In this document: piece by piece, positions 1 to 13,763 of the stretch | How the letters are laid out: each line of letters starts with the position of its first letter | How positions within the stretch are numbered: the first letter of the stretch is position 1 | Assembly (NCBI GenBank): GCA_964016885.1 | Contig: OZ024742.1 | Span: 301,382,001-301,446,000 of the forward strand | Direction: 5' to 3' | DNA: 64,000 bases | Source of the DNA: Eledone cirrhosa | Taxonomy: Eukaryota | Program-made: the position numbers and the translations under genes | The notes under the pieces: model-generated | Seen by the model: the letters and a program-made list of their open reading frames with translations, nothing else | Told to the model about the DNA's origin: nothing | Database searches by the model: none

Positions 1-1373
1 GAAACCATCTGGTTCAAATCCCGCCAAGGTTAATTTTGCCTTTCATCCTTACGGGGTCGATAAAATAAAGTACCAGTAATGCACTGGGATAATTGTTGGC
101 TTTGTGCCTAACGTAGAAACAATTATTATTATTATTGTTTAACTCATCTTTGGAGATGAGGATGTTTCCATGATTGTTATAATTGATCACACCTCCCTTG
201 TACCTATATTACAGATCAATATTTATTACATTGATCTTCCATCATCACCACCCTGGAGTACAACACAGGATTTACTAATAAACACAGATTCCACACATCA
301 ACCAGTTTCATTTCATCAGTTCTTTAATCAGCCATACATGTGAACAGACTTCATGTATAATTTTTGTTTATCACCCATCACTTATATTATATAACACTCA
401 TCAGCCTGAAATTGTATTGAGCATTTTTATAATTTTATACCACAAAATAATCAAATATCATTTGACATTCACTTTTCAAGTTTGCATGGTTTGGATGGAT
501 CTTCTCTAAAACAGTGTCTTGTCATCTGTTGCACTATGGCTTCTTCTCATGTTTTCTTTGGTTTTCCTTTACTGCAGCTTCCTTCCACTAGGATCTCTGA
601 GCACTTCTTCACCCAGTGTTCATTATCTATATACATCACATGTCCATACCAGCACTGTCATCTCTCCTGCACACTATATCTGATTCCTCTTATACTCAGT
701 CTTTTTTACTTTGCTCACTTGTGCTTAGGTATTCATACATGCTTATATTATACATAGTCTATTTCGATAAGTGTCATTTATTTTTTTCAGAGAAGTTGAC
801 TGATAGAAGTTGAGTAATGTGTTGAAGAAAATGTATAATGTGGATCACCATTATCATCACCATTTGATGTTTGTTCTCCCTTCTAGCAAGGATTGGACAG
901 GTCACACTAGTGACCTCTCAGATGGGTAGCGTGTGGGAATGTATATCTTCCAGATATGGCCCCTAGCCCATCCGAGAGGTCAGTAGCTTCAATTAAGTAC
1001 TGACTTGGTCTGAAACAACCTGTCCAGCTTTTGCTAACAAGGAAAACTTATGTTAAATGATGATAATGATGATGATGATACAATTCTTGCTCATCTCATT
1101 ACCAAACCATCATTCTTCACATTTTATCATTTTATCATTGATAATTCAATTATGGATTTCAAAACAAATAAAACAAACCCCATAATAAGTATGGAAGATA
1201 GTAAGGGGTCCCACAAGGTTAACCCTTACTTTAACAAGGAGAATGGCCTTAAAATGTTGTGTAAACTAATACAATGCAGTATAAATTTGTTACATTGAGA
1301 AGTCTCCAATGTTGACTAATGTGTCATTTCTATTCATAAACCTCAGATAAATCTGTTGATTTGTTTCAATCAG

Positions 1374-1441
1374 AAAAAAAGTCTAAGACATTATCTGCTG
1401 CTGTAGAAGCTTTTACTGTCGCAGAACCCAAAAAGATCAAA
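1374..1441 (+). CDS. EFCAB7: EFCAB7 internal coding exon (first one visible in the window)
   Basis: cag|AA...ATCAAA|gtaaga; reads KKSKTLSAAVEAFTVAEPKKIK and is phase-compatible with the next exon, giving EPKKIK-TWTH. Upstream exons lie outside the window. Confidence 0.7.
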
Positions 1442-1714
1442 GTAAGATTTATTCATTTTTATTTATTGTTGTTATTTATTTATTATAAGGGTGGTGAGAG
1501 GGGTGGATTGACAGAATTGTTGTAGCGTCGAACAAAAGGATTTGCAAGTATTTATTTATGGTCTTTTATGTTCTGAGTTCAAACCCTGCCAATATCAACT
1601 TTGCCTTTCATCCTAGATAAAATAAAGTACCAACCACGTACTGGGTCAATGTAATAAAATGTCATCCTAGATAAAATAAAGTACCAATCACGTACTGGGT
1701 CAATGTAATAAAAT

Positions 1715-2210
1715 GTTCCTATCACTGAGGAGTTTAAAACTGGCACTCCATAGGAGCTCCTATATGCTGATGACCTAGTCCTCATAGCTGAATCCATAGA
1801 AGAGTTAGAAGCAAAATTTTAAGCATCGAAGAATTTAGAGTTAAAAAGCCTAAAAGTAAATTTAGCAAACACAAAAGTCCTAATAAGTTGTAAAGATGAC
1901 AGGAAGATTATAACATCAAGGAAATGGCCTTGTTCAATATGTAAGAAAGGTGTGGGCAGAAATTCCATAAGGTACACTCAATGTAAACTATGGTCGCACA
2001 AGAGATGTAGTGAGATTGCAGGCGGGCTAATGGAAAAGATAGTCTTTTCATGCAGCAGCTGCACCAGAAAAGTGAACATAAAGAGTACACGTGAAATAGA
2101 TTCCCTCAGCTGCGAGGAGACTCCATAGAAGTTGTTGACAGCTTTCGCAACATAGGCCATCAAATTAGCAGTGGGGGAGGATGCACCAAAAGTGTGATAG
2201 CTAGGATAGT
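1715..2210 (+). mobile_element. Old internal RTE fragment (RT and finger region)
   Basis: Degraded ITEEFKTG..ELLYADDLVLIAES...KWPCSICKKGVGRNSI. A similar old fragment is at ~38300-38475. Confidence 0.8.
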
Positions 2211-2936
2211 TTTTCAAAAATCACCCTCCTCATCCAGTATGTTTGGTGGAGTTTTCAGTATAATCGCTGATGACCCAACCATGTGACAGGTTGTACTGGG
2301 TTACATGTTACCAGTAGTGCTCAAGTGCTACTTGAGACACTCATACATCATCATCATCATCATCATTTTATGTCCGCTTTTCCCTGCTTGCAAGGGTGGG
2401 ATGGGAACTGATTCTGGCTTGATTTCTACAGCTGGATGCCCTTCCTAACACCAACCTCATTTACAGTGAGTGCTTGGTGCTTTTTTTCCGTGGCGTCTAC
2501 ACGTCCACTTTATAGTGTGGGCTGGGTGCTTTTTTGTCATGGCACCTCCACAACCACTTTGCAGTGGAATGATAGGGACCCCAGTCCTATATCTCATTTC
2601 TACAGCTGAGTAAACTGGAGCAATGTGAAATAAAGTGTCTTGCTCAAGGAAAGAACGCATCACCCGGTCTGAGAATTGAACTCACAACCTTAAACGTACA
2701 CATATCAGCTAAAAAAATGAGAGAGATGGTTTTAGATTAAATTCATCACAAAAGAGGGCATTTCATTTTGTCCTACTCAATTCAGAATTAAAGTATGAAC
2801 TTAACAAAGACTAAAGTTCTAGTAAGTAGAATATTTAAAGCATACCAACCCTACATTCCCAAAATGAAATATGTACAGCACTGGTCACTGGTTTCGTTAT
2901 AAATCTAATATGTTTATTACTTCTGAATATTTTCAG

Positions 2937-3084
2937 ACATGGACTCATCTGAAGAGTTGTGGTTGTTTCTTCTTTGATAACATGGATATTACAAGTCACC
3001 AATTTAGGTTGAGTCTGTCTACTTTAACTAACGTATGGATCACAATATTTCCAGTGTTTGGACCAGAAAATCTCTCAAAGAAAG
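2937..3084 (+). CDS. EFCAB7: EFCAB7 coding exon
   Basis: tttcag|...AAAG|gtatct; TWTHLKSCGCFFFDNMDITSHQFRLSL...VWITIFP resembles vertebrate EFCAB7 GCFFLEEDGEIISHQY. Confidence 0.9.
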
Positions 3085-3158
3085 GTATCTTCACATCAAA
3101 TACTGCAAGTTTTTGTAGCATTATCATTCATTCTTTGTTCATTGTATTGGTACTTGTT

Positions 3159-3376
3159 TAACTCTTTAGCATTTAAACCAGCCATATCCGGCTAGAATTC
3201 TCTCACCACTTTCTGTTCAAACCAGCTGTAACCAGCTGCTCATACTGATGTTAAGGTATTGTTCTCATAATAAATAGTAAAATCAAAATCTCATAGATTT
3301 GATATTATGTGAGATAAAGCCTTTACTGTGAAAATACAATAGTAAATGTAGAATAATGTAAATGTTAAAGGTTTAA
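3159..3376. mobile_element. TTAA-flanked (piggyBac-like) MITE
   Basis: ttaa-ctctttagcattta ... taaatgttaaaggt-ttaa. Copies at ~39131-39358 and, partially, 41100-41188 (taaatgctaaagggttaa). Confidence 0.7.
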
Positions 3377-4039
3377 TCATTATGAAATTGTTGAAAGTTT
3401 TTCTTTATCCTATCAAAGTTATTTGAAAATTTTAAACAGTGTTTTATTTAAATATAAAAGCATTAAAACAAGAGATAGTCTCAAGTAAGTTGCTTGAAAG
3501 AATGATCTTTAAATACCAAATAATGACATCATCCAGCCATATGGAAAGTGACATGGTAACAGAACATTACTGTAGATAAGGCCTTACACTAAGAGATAGG
3601 CTTGAAAAGTCTGATAGATGGTGTGTATTAGGGACAGTAGTAAGAAGCTAGAAGGAAAGGTAAGCATCAGGTTTATTTAGAATGAGAGGAGGGAAAAGGT
3701 GAGGTTTGCGAATATCTTGATGCATGAGATATTCCAGATTGCAAGATAGTATACTAGAGAGAACCAAGAGATTCATTTTTTAAGATGAGAGGCTGGTTTG
3801 CTATTTCTAGTAGGTCAATCAGATATGTAAGGACTCATGATAGTTCAGAAGCTATAGTTTACTAACACTGTAGTCATTACGTTTGGTTGCTATTTCTAGC
3901 AGGTGAGTCAGATATGTAGAGAACAACTGTTGGTTCAGAAGCCATGCAGTTTACTAACACTGTGGGGAATACCAAAATAATCTTAGTAATGACATTATAT
4001 CTACTGTGTTTTATATTCAGATTTAATGTTCTTTTTCAG

Positions 4040-4134
4040 ACCCTGAAATTGATACAATGCTGTGTATTTTTAAATGTAAACCAGGAGGAACAAAACACTT
4101 TGTTGCACTCAGTGAGATGAAAACAAAAACTGGA
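4040..4134 (+). CDS. EFCAB7: EFCAB7 coding exon
   Basis: ttttcag|AC...GGA|gtaagt; DPEIDTMLCIFKCKPGGTKHFVALSEMKTKTG; phases 1/0 fit both neighbours. Confidence 0.85.
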
Positions 4135-4141
4135 GTAAGTT

Positions 4142-4388
4142 CATCTACACATTTATATAGAATAGTATCTTAACTGGGTGTGTATCCTTCTCCATCTACA
4201 TATTTATATAGAATAGTATCTTAACTGGGTGTGTATCCTTCTCCATCTACACATTTAAATAGATAGTATCTTAACTGGGTGTGTATCCTTCTCCATCTAC
4301 ACATTTATATAGAGCCTATGACCTTCCATCTACACATATATACTAGTGTCTTAATTTAACTAATATCCTTCTATCTACATATTTATAA
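4142..4388. repeat. ~51-bp minisatellite, resuming at ~8040-8215
   Basis: ccatctacacatttatatagaatagtatcttaactgggtgtgtatccttct units begin right after the exon donor. Confidence 0.85.
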
Positions 4389-4434
4389 TAATTGTTTCTA
4401 CTTTTGGCACAAGGCCAGCAATTACCCAGTTCCA

Positions 4435-5378
4435 TTACCTGGGTGACGAAATTAGCAGTGGTGGAGGGTCTTCTGAAAGTTAAGTAGCCAGAGTCAGAAT
4501 GGGATGGAAAAAGTTCAGAGAGCTTATACTGCTGTTGGCCACAAAAGGTTTCTCTCTAAAAATGAAAGGCAGATTGTATGATGCTTGTAAACGAACAGCA
4601 ATGCTACATGGCAGTGAGACATGGGCATTACGTGCAGAGGACCTGCGTAGACTGGAAAGGAACAAAGCATGCATGCTCCGTTGGATGTGTAATAGTAATA
4701 TACGTGAACGGCAAAGCATAAATGAACTAAGTGAGAGATTAGGAATAAGAGGGATCAGATGCTGTTTACTTGAGAGAAGACTACGTTGGTATGGTCATGT
4801 GATGTGCATGAAAGATGACAGCTGCATAAAAAAAGTGCAGGGCAATCAAAATTGATGGTAGTTTCGGAGTAGGTAGACCCAGAAAAACCTGGGATGATCT
4901 GATAAATTCCGACCTTACACACTTACATCTCTCTAAGACAATGTCTCTGGACCGAGATCTTTGGCGCTACGCAGTAATACAGAAGACCCGCCTTGCCTAT
5001 GTACAAAGCGAAACCTACAGTCAGTAGGCACCTCTTAACCAAATATACACCCCAATCCATTACCCCTACCCTATCCTCCCACTCCCACCAACAGCACGAG
5101 ATAATGAGATCGAGATCGTGTAGGTGTCACGACAAAAAAACACACAGTCCACGCTGTAATGTGGACGTGTAGGTAACACGGTAAAAAGTTCCCAGTTCCA
5201 CACTGTAAATGTGGTTGGTGTTAGGAAGGGCATCCAGCCGTAGAAAACCTGGCAGACAGTCCTATATGAGCGAGACACGGTCACTCAACCAACCTTGCCT
5301 CAAGTGGGACAACTCTCGTCTAACCCATGCTAGCGTGGAAAATGGACGTTAAACGGAGATGATGATGATGATGATGAT
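4435..5378 (+). mobile_element. 5'-truncated RTE LINE inserted in a Meta-type SINE
   Basis: YLGDEISSGGG...GWKKFRELI...RLRWYGHVM, then 3' UTR and (GAT)n. The SINE halves are at ~4390-4434 and 5379-5517. Confidence 0.9.
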
Positions 5379-5544
5379 TACTGGTACTTTATTTTATCGA
5401 CCCTGTAAGGATGAAAGTTAAACTCGGTGGGATTTGAACTCAGAATGACAAGGGTCGTAACTCTATGCGTCAAAGCATGGCATCCGACCCTGTACCGATA
5501 CTGCCAATCCACCGGCTTTATAATATTTATAATAATAATGAAAT

Positions 5545-8010
5545 TATTGTGTACAGTGCTCAGGTGAACTAAAACTCATCAAAGGTGCATGTATAGTACA
5601 TAGAATAATATACAAATGTCAGGGAAGTGAATAGTGTATGAGTCATGATATACATGTGTGCGTGTGTATGGAGGGGGAATATTAGGTGTAGTGTTGGCGA
5701 ATCTCAGGAAGCATGGAGTTTTTAAAGGATGCAGTCTCTCAACAGCTAACAACTGATGCAGGTAGTTTGTTCTATACTTCAGCAACTCTGGGCATGAAAA
5801 AATGTTTCTGAAAGTCATGGGAACTGTGCTGTTTTTCTGACTTTGTTGGCATGCTCACATGTGTTAGACACATGGAAATCAAAAAGGTACTCAGGGTTGT
5901 TGTTGGCAACATGGTTAACAATTTTGTGGGTGTTTACCAAGTCAGTTGCTAGACGTCGGAGCTTCAATGTATCCATGCCCAGGGAAGTAAGGCGTTCAGA
6001 GTATGGTAGATGCTTGATGGAGGGTATTCGCTTGGTTACATGTCTCTGAACAGTTTCCAGGAGGTCAATGTTCTGAGCAAGATAGGGGTTCCAGACTGGT
6101 GATGCAAATTCTAAGTGTAGTCGCACCATAGCTGTATACAGCTTTAAATAGATAGCTGGAGAGTGGCTGACAAAGGTCTTGCTGAGTGATGCTAAGACAC
6201 CCATGGCCTTCTTGATAATTTTAGAGACATGCTTCATCCAACACAAATCGCTGCTGATAGTAATGCCCAGGTCACGTTCACAAGAAGACTTCTTGATATT
6301 AGTGTTGTGGAGGGTGTATGTGGACGCTGGGTTTTTACTCCCAAAATGCATGGTGGTACACTTGTCCACAGCTAGCTTCAGTTGCCAATCTGAGATCCAT
6401 TGTTGCATTGTGTCCAGGTCAGATTGCAGGCAAGATCTATAGTGTTCAGGATCTGTCCTTTTTAACTCAAGGAACAGCTTGATGTCATCTGCATATTTCA
6501 GTACTATGGCATTCCTTAAGTTGGCATCTATGTCATTAATATATGCCACAAACAAAAGGGGGCCAAGAACAGATCTCTGTGTTACACCAGATGACATCTC
6601 ATATGGTGAGGAATGCTGTCCTAGAACTGTGACTACCTCTCTTCAAGAGAGTTTTGCCATAAGTCTTTTGTGTGGCACAGAATTGAAAGCTTTAGCAAAG
6701 TCAAAGTAAACAACATCCACTCATGAGCCATCATCAGTGATCAGTGATGTCTTAAAGAAACTCGATAAGTTGATCACAGCAGCTGGAGTTAGGGATAAAT
6801 CTAAATTGCGAGGGCTGGATAAGACTGTGAGAGTTCCAGAAGTTCCAAAGTGTTTCTCTGACACAGGATTCCATCAGTTTGGCAATGCAGCTAGTAAGAC
6901 TGACTGGACAACAGTTCACAGGTGATGTGCGGTCACTCTTTTTGAACAGAGGAATGACACTGGCAGTTTATAGCTGGTGCAGAAGGAAGCAGGTACGTAC
7001 ACCATCAAGACCAGGAGAGGCATGGTTGCGTTTATTTTTAAGGCGACGTTGCAACATTTTAGGTGTTAATTCCATAGTTGTAATAGAACCTGATGTCAGA
7101 GGTGGTGGAGATGGTACACTCTGATCTTCAACAGTGAAAATGCCTGCATAGCATTCAGCAATGAGTTCTGCGCATTCCTTGGGGTCGTCAGTAACCTGGC
7201 TTGTGTGGGGATTGCGAAGAGGACCAACTGCAGAGTGAGGCCTCTGCTGTGAGTGAACATATTACCAGAACACCTTACTGTCAGGGTTGTTTTTTTTGCA
7301 ATGCGCTGCTCAAATTCAAGCACTGCCTTTTTTTTCACCTGCTTGAGATGGTTGGATGATTTATTTTGCTTTTTCCTATTGATATCTGATTTATGCAGTT
7401 TGTACTCACGTTCAGCATTACAACGTTCTTTCCTGGCAAGACGAACTGCTGCAGTCTTCCAAATTGGACTTTTGGGATGTTTTTTCTTGTTACGTGGCAC
7501 TGATGCTGCACATGCTGTCCATATTGAGTTCAGGATGTTCTGGAGTAGAGTTTTGACATCTCCAGAGTCATAAAACTCAAGCCAGTGCAGTAACAGTTCC
7601 AGTCAAAGTGAGCAGTTTGGAGATGGTTGTGGTTTTTGTTACTGCCCATGAGGGACAGATTGGCAATGATCATAGCATGATCAGAGTCACCTAAAGGTTC
7701 CTCAGTAGTAACACTAATAACTGTTTCAGGAGTAGTAGTGAAGAGTAGATCCAAAGTGTTGTCACCGCTTGTTGGGGAGGTGACTAATTGGGACCAGTTC
7801 AAGTCCAGCACTAGCTCAAGGAAATCATTTGCACTTTGCGGCCAACAAAAGGTTTCCCAGTCAATCTCAGGGTGATTGAAGCCCCCTGCAATAAAAACAT
7901 AAGTGGCTGTTTTCCTGGCAGTAGTTCTGAGGATATCATAAAGTTGAGTGTCCTGAGGGTAATTTGGGGAACGGTAAACGACTCCAAGTAGCAGTGTTGA
8001 CATGGTCATA
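5545..8010 (-). mobile_element. CR1/L2-like LINE, decayed (endonuclease + RT + 3' end)
   Basis: GVVYRSPN, AGGFNHPEIDW, NTLDLLFT, GDSDHAMI; SGVTQRSVLGPLLFVAYINDI, KYADDIKL, ERDLGI, LEFASPVWNP; AT-rich tail at ~5520. Confidence 0.9.
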
Positions 8011-8502
8011 CGTATATCGCAGAAAAATACTTCATACTTATGTAGAGTAGTATCATAATTAGGCCTATGCCCTTCTCCATTTCCACATTTATATAGAGTA
8101 GAGTCTTAATTACACCTATGCCATTGCATCTACACATTTATATATTGTTTTAACTAGGCCTATGTTCTTCCATCTACACATATAAAGTAGAGGCTTAACT
8201 AGGCCTATGCCCTCCTTTGGGATATGTGTATATAGCTGTTGGTGGGATATGTGTATATAGCTGTTGGTGGAATATGTATATATAGCTGTTGGAAAAATTT
8301 CTCTCTTCTTCCCAGGAAGAGTGTGAATGGACCAACAAACCCATGCCATCATGGAGAAACAGACGTTTATCATCATCATACTAGTGGTGTTGGTGTTAGT
8401 GGTTATGATTGTGGGTAGAGTGGTGATGATGATAATTGATAGATAAATAGATCAATATTGCTCATGTTATCGTTTCTGATCTACTTATTATTTTAATTTC
8501 AG

Positions 8503-8660
8503 AAATTTTGTATTCGTTGTGATTTATCTGCTGGGAATTACATTCTTATACCTTTCACAACTGGCTGCAGATTTCGTCCTCGAAGTTCACAGCCTGAAGA
8601 AAACATTCCTCTTATCAAAAGATCTACATCAGGGGAGGTAACTCTGACTAAAGACTTCAA
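8503..8660 (+). CDS. EFCAB7: EFCAB7 coding exon
   Basis: tttcag|AAA...TTCAA|gtaagt; CDLSAGNYILIPFTTGCRFR...SGEVTLTKDF matches EFCAB7 LIPSTTGCRL...GELFLTKEF. Confidence 0.92.
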
Positions 8661-9494
8661 GTAAGTTCTCTAGTCTGTTTGGTTGATCTACATTCCACAT
8701 ACACACAAACATACATGGTATCATCAACATCATTGTCATTGTCATGTTAACGTCTGCTTTCCCTGCTAGCAAGTGTTGGATGGGTCTAAATAGACCAAGT
8801 CCGTACTGAAGCGGAGCCACTGATCTCCCAAGCAAGCCAAGGATCTGTGTTTCACTTATGTACGGTCTCATATTCCATCAAGTGCTCAGGAGAGGTTGTC
8901 ATGCCATATTTACTGAATAAACAGAACTAAATTTATTCTTTATATAGTCTGGTTTGGTCTCTTCCCATTAAAGATCATGGATAGTCTATATGTCCATGAC
9001 GCCCTTTGGGAAAAGAGTGACGTCAGTGAGTTCTGAAACCTCAGGCACCATTACTTGGAAGCTGGCTACCAGCCTTCATTATAAAGATAAAGCTATTGGT
9101 CACTTGAAAGGTTGCCACCAAAGTGACTTAGGAGTTCAGTCTACTCAGGATTTTGAAATCAGAATGATCCTTCTCTAAGACAGACTGCCAACCAAGGCTA
9201 ATGAGCTCTGTCTACCCATATTGGATCGCTGTTGACTCTCCTAGTTCCTCTGCCATTTGACAGGTTTTGTTTTGCATCCCACAAGGTGTCCAAAATCATC
9301 CTCTTCACCAAGCAAACTTGGTAGAATTGACAGTTTAGGTGCCAACAACCCAACCATGTGACAAATTATACTGATTACATGTTGCCAGTAGTGCTCAAGA
9401 GTGATTTGATCATAATTGTTTTTATATATAAATATTTTTTATCTATGTTAAATATTCTAAAATATAAAATATATATTATACATCATTATTTAAA

Positions 9495-10165
9495 TTGGCA
9501 GTATTGGTAGAGAGTCGGACGCCATGCTTTCTAGCATAGTTACGTCCCTTTACGGTCTGAGTTCAAATCCCGCCGAGGTTGACTTTGCCTTTCATCCTTA
9601 CGGGGTCGATAAAATAAAGTACCAGTAATGCACTGGGTAATTGCTGGCCTTGTGCCTAAAGTAGAAACAATTATTTAATGCAGAAGGTGAATTGGCAGTA
9701 TCGGTAGAGGGTCAGACGCCATGCTTTCCAGCATAGTTACGTCCCTTTACAGTCTGAGTTCAAACCCCGTCGAGGTTAACTTTGCCTTTCATCCTTACCA
9801 GGTCGATAAAATACAGTACCAGTAATGAACTGAGTAATTGCTGGCCTTGTGCCAAAAGTAGAAACAATTATTTAATACAGAAATGGCTTCTAGAGGCCTA
9901 AAACTGTTTCATTCGTATGAAATCATCAGGAATGCAGCATGAAACAATTCTAGTCCTGCAGAAGCTATTTCTATATTAAATAATTGTTTCTACTTTTGGC
10001 ACAAGAGCAGCAATTACCCAGTGCATTACTGGTACTTTATTTTATCGACCCCATAAGGATGAAAGGCAAAGTTAACCTCGACAGGATTTGAACTCGGACC
10101 GTAAAGGGACGTAACTATGCTGGAAAGCATGGCGTCCGACCCTCTACCGACACTGCCAATTCACC
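9495..10165. mobile_element. Cluster of three tRNA-derived Meta-type SINEs (two +, one -)
   Basis: A box tggcagtatcggtaga, B box gagttcaaatccc, central gttgactttgcctttcatccttacggggtcgataaaataaagtacc, ATT tail. Other copies at ~1-125, 1500-1700, 25775-25958, 28855-29042, 31085-31294, 56720-56877. Confidence 0.85.
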
Positions 10166-10209
10166 AGTACCTTTTTAACTGTGGTTACCCTCTATCTTAT
10201 TTGGGATCT

Positions 10210-10245
<36 letters not shown>

Positions 10246-11179
10246 CAAACCCATGCAAGCGTGGAAGATGGACGTTAAACGATGATGATGATGATATATA
10301 TTTATGATTGAAAAATATAAAAAGTGCTAAAGAAAAAAATTGTATTAGAAATATTAAATGTTTATTTATAGGCAGAGTAAGGTGCATTATGTTTCTAACT
10401 CATGGTTTCATTTGATTGGCTTTTCAATGTACAGAAGAAATCTAGTCATGTATATAGTTGACCATATATTCAATTGAATGAGATATTTGTTTTAGAAATA
10501 TAATCCTATTTACCTGAAATAGGAATAAACATGGTGCTACTAAGCTGGATATATATATCATCCCCGTTTAACGTCCATGTTTCGACACTGGCATGGGTTA
10601 GATGAGTTGTCCTGTTGTGAGCAATGCCAGGTCAGGTGACCATGTCTTGCTCATACAGAATCAATTTTGACTTAGTTTCTACAGCTGGATGCCATTCCTA
10701 GCGCCATCCTCATTTACAGTGAGTACTGGGTGCTTTTTGTCGTGACGCCTACATGACCACTTTACAGGGTGGACTGGGTGCTTTTTGCCATGACACCTAC
10801 ATGACTACTTTACAGTATATATATATTTGTAAATCCTGGGGTACTCTATATAATGTGTGCAGTACCTAGTAGTGCTATTTTCTGTATGTTTTCTGGGGTA
10901 CTCTATGAAATATGTGTGCAGTACGTATCAGGTGTGTGTGTGTATTGAGAGCAGGTGGTGTGTATTGGGAGAAGGTGTATCTGTGTGTAGGTTGGTTAAC
11001 CAGAGTTCACTTTCCTGAGAAATCGTGATGACAATTCCCTTAAATCTCAGTTGTAAGAGTAGTAGACTCGTGACTGAGGTTGTGAGTTCAATTCCTGGAA
11101 CAAGACTTGAGCAAGGCACTACTTTCACAATGCTCATAATCCACTCAGCTAGAAAATATAAAGAGCTAGACAGAATTCA

Positions 11180-11735
11180 TCCAATCTGATCTGATCTGGT
11201 ACCAGATCTGATCCAACACCAGATCTGATCTGATTGCAGATCTGATCCGACACCAGATCTGATCCGACACCAGATCTGATCCAACACCAGATCTGATCCA
11301 ACACCAGACCTGATCTGATAGCAGATCTGATCCGAGACCAATTCTGATCCAACACCATATCTGATCCGACACCAGATCTGATCCAACACCAGATCTGATC
11401 CAACACCAGATCTGATCCATCACCAGATCTGATCCGACACCAGATCTGATCCAACACCAGATCTGAGCCAACACCAGACCTGATCTGATAGCAGATCTGA
11501 TCCGAGACCAATTCTGATCCAACACCAGATCTGATCCAACACCAGATCTGATCCGACACCAGATCTGATCCAACACCAGATATGCTCCAACACCAGATCT
11601 GATCCAACACCAGATCTGATCCAACACCAGATATGCTCCAACACCAGATATGCTCCAACACCAGATCTGATCCAACACCAGATCTGATCCAACACCAGAT
11701 ATTATCCGCTAGCTGATCCGACACTAGATCTGATT
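11180..11735. repeat. 17-bp minisatellite ACCAGATCTGATCCAAC
   Basis: About 30 units; this explains the repetitive ORFs at 11149-11787. Confidence 0.95.
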
Positions 11736-12754
11736 TAGCTAAGCTAAGCCAAACCAAGCCTAGCTGGACAGAGTTGAGTTGAGCCAAACCAAGCTAAGCT
11801 GTATATATAAGTCCTGGGCTACTCTATATAATATATGTATGGTTTTACCTAGTAGTTCTATTTTCTGTATGTTGTATCATCATCATCAACGTTTAACGTC
11901 CATGTTCCACGCTTGCATGGGTTTGGAGTAGTATATATATATATATATATATATATAAGCAGGGAAAAGCGGACGTAAAATGATGATGATATATATCAAT
12001 ATATCATCATCACCACCAGCATCATCATCATCATCATCATCATCATCATTTTACATTCACTTTTCCTTGCTTGGGATGGTTCCTCTTCAGCACAGCATCT
12101 CTCCATTCATCACGGCCCCTCGTCATCTCCTCTGTGAGCTTCAGCAATCTGAGGTCAGCTCTCACCACCTCCGCCCTTGTTTTTCGTGGTCTTCTTCTAC
12201 TGCGTCTTCCTTCCACTGGGATATCTTGGCACTTCTTCACCCAGCGATCATCATCATCATCATCATTGTTTAACGTCCATCTTCCACGCTAGCATGGGTT
12301 AGACGGGAGTTGTCCCACTTGAGGCAAGGTTGGTCGCGTGACCGTGTCTCGCTCATATAGGACTATCTGGCAGGTTTTCTACGGTTGGATGCCCTTCCTA
12401 ACACCAACCACATTTACAGTGTGGAACTGGGAACTTTTTACCGTGTTACCTACACGCCCACATTGCAGCGTGGACTGTGTTTTTTTGTCGTGACACCTAC
12501 ACGATCTCGATCTCATATATATATATATATATATATGAATATGTGTTTGTGTGTATGCATGTGTGTGTGTATGTGCATGCATGTATGCATCTGTATATGT
12601 ATATACACATTTGTCTCTAGTGAACAACAAGATCATGTTCAACTCTAACAAGTTTGTGGTATATTTAACATGCATTAAATAATAACTGTTTTAAAGAATA
12701 AATGGAAGGTTTTGCTAAAACAATCATGATATTTGTTTATTCTTTTGTCTTTAG

Positions 12755-12888
12755 GAAGTCTCTGGAAAAAATATTCGATTTATGTGACCTTGACAGAAAT
12801 GGAAAACTTAACCGCAAAGAACTCAGTTTCTTCCATTATTGTACAAGTGGAGAACAGTTGACTGCCCAGGAATGGCAGATTGTTGAAG
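12755..12888 (+). CDS. EFCAB7: EFCAB7 coding exon (EF-hand)
   Basis: tttag|G...GAAG|gttaga; SLEKIFDLCDLDRNGKLNRKELSFFHYCTSGEQ contains a canonical DxDxNGxLxxxE EF-hand loop. Confidence 0.93.
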
Positions 12889-13705
12889 GTTAGATTTGAT
12901 AATATTTTGTCAGTGATGCAGTATGGTTGTGTCATATTTTAGAAGATTGGAGAATTGTTAAGTTAGTGAAGTTATGAATGGAAAAAGGATGACTCAAAGG
13001 CTTGAGTTTACTAAAAAAAATTTAAATGACTGCTTGTGTTTGAAATTCTATACTGCTTGGTAGTAAGACAGGGGCCATGAATGCAGGAGATCTGTAATGA
13101 TTGGGAAGAAATCATTACAGAGGCTGGATATAAGAGGAATTGGATATAGTGTGCAAGAGAGAGGATTGCACTGGTTTGGACAGGTGATGCATAAGTAGAT
13201 GGATAATTGTATTTTAAAAAATGTGCTGAGTGCTTGAAGTCAATGGCACTTGTGGAGAAAGGAGACCGAAGAGAGCATTGGATGAAGTTGTTTAACAAGT
13301 TTTCTATGGCTGTATGCCCTTCCTATCACCAACCACTTTAGAAAATGCACTGAGTGCATCTATCATGTAAATCACCAACACAAGAGTGGTTGTTGTGCCC
13401 TTGACATAACTGAACGGTCATCTCAGCACTTTTTGACATGGTTTCTATCATGTTATATCTATTACCAACCACTATACAGGGTGTTCTGGGAGCACCAACA
13501 CTAGAGAGATTGTTGTGTGGTAGCTGGAGGATCTTCTCAACTCTTAAAATAATTTCTACAGCTGGATGCCCTTCCTAATATTAACAATTTTAAAATGCAT
13601 TTTATATTGGCAACATCACTAAGAAAGTTGCTTGTGATAGACACACTTAAAGATCCCTCATTAACCTATGATGGGACAGAAAGTATGCCAAATGTATAGA
13701 CCCAC

Positions 13706-13763
<58 letters not shown>

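Noticed and set aside
11149-11787. Long repetitive ORFs; CRISPR-like appearance
   Set aside because: Pure 17-bp tandem repeat with no unique spacers, in a eukaryotic intron.
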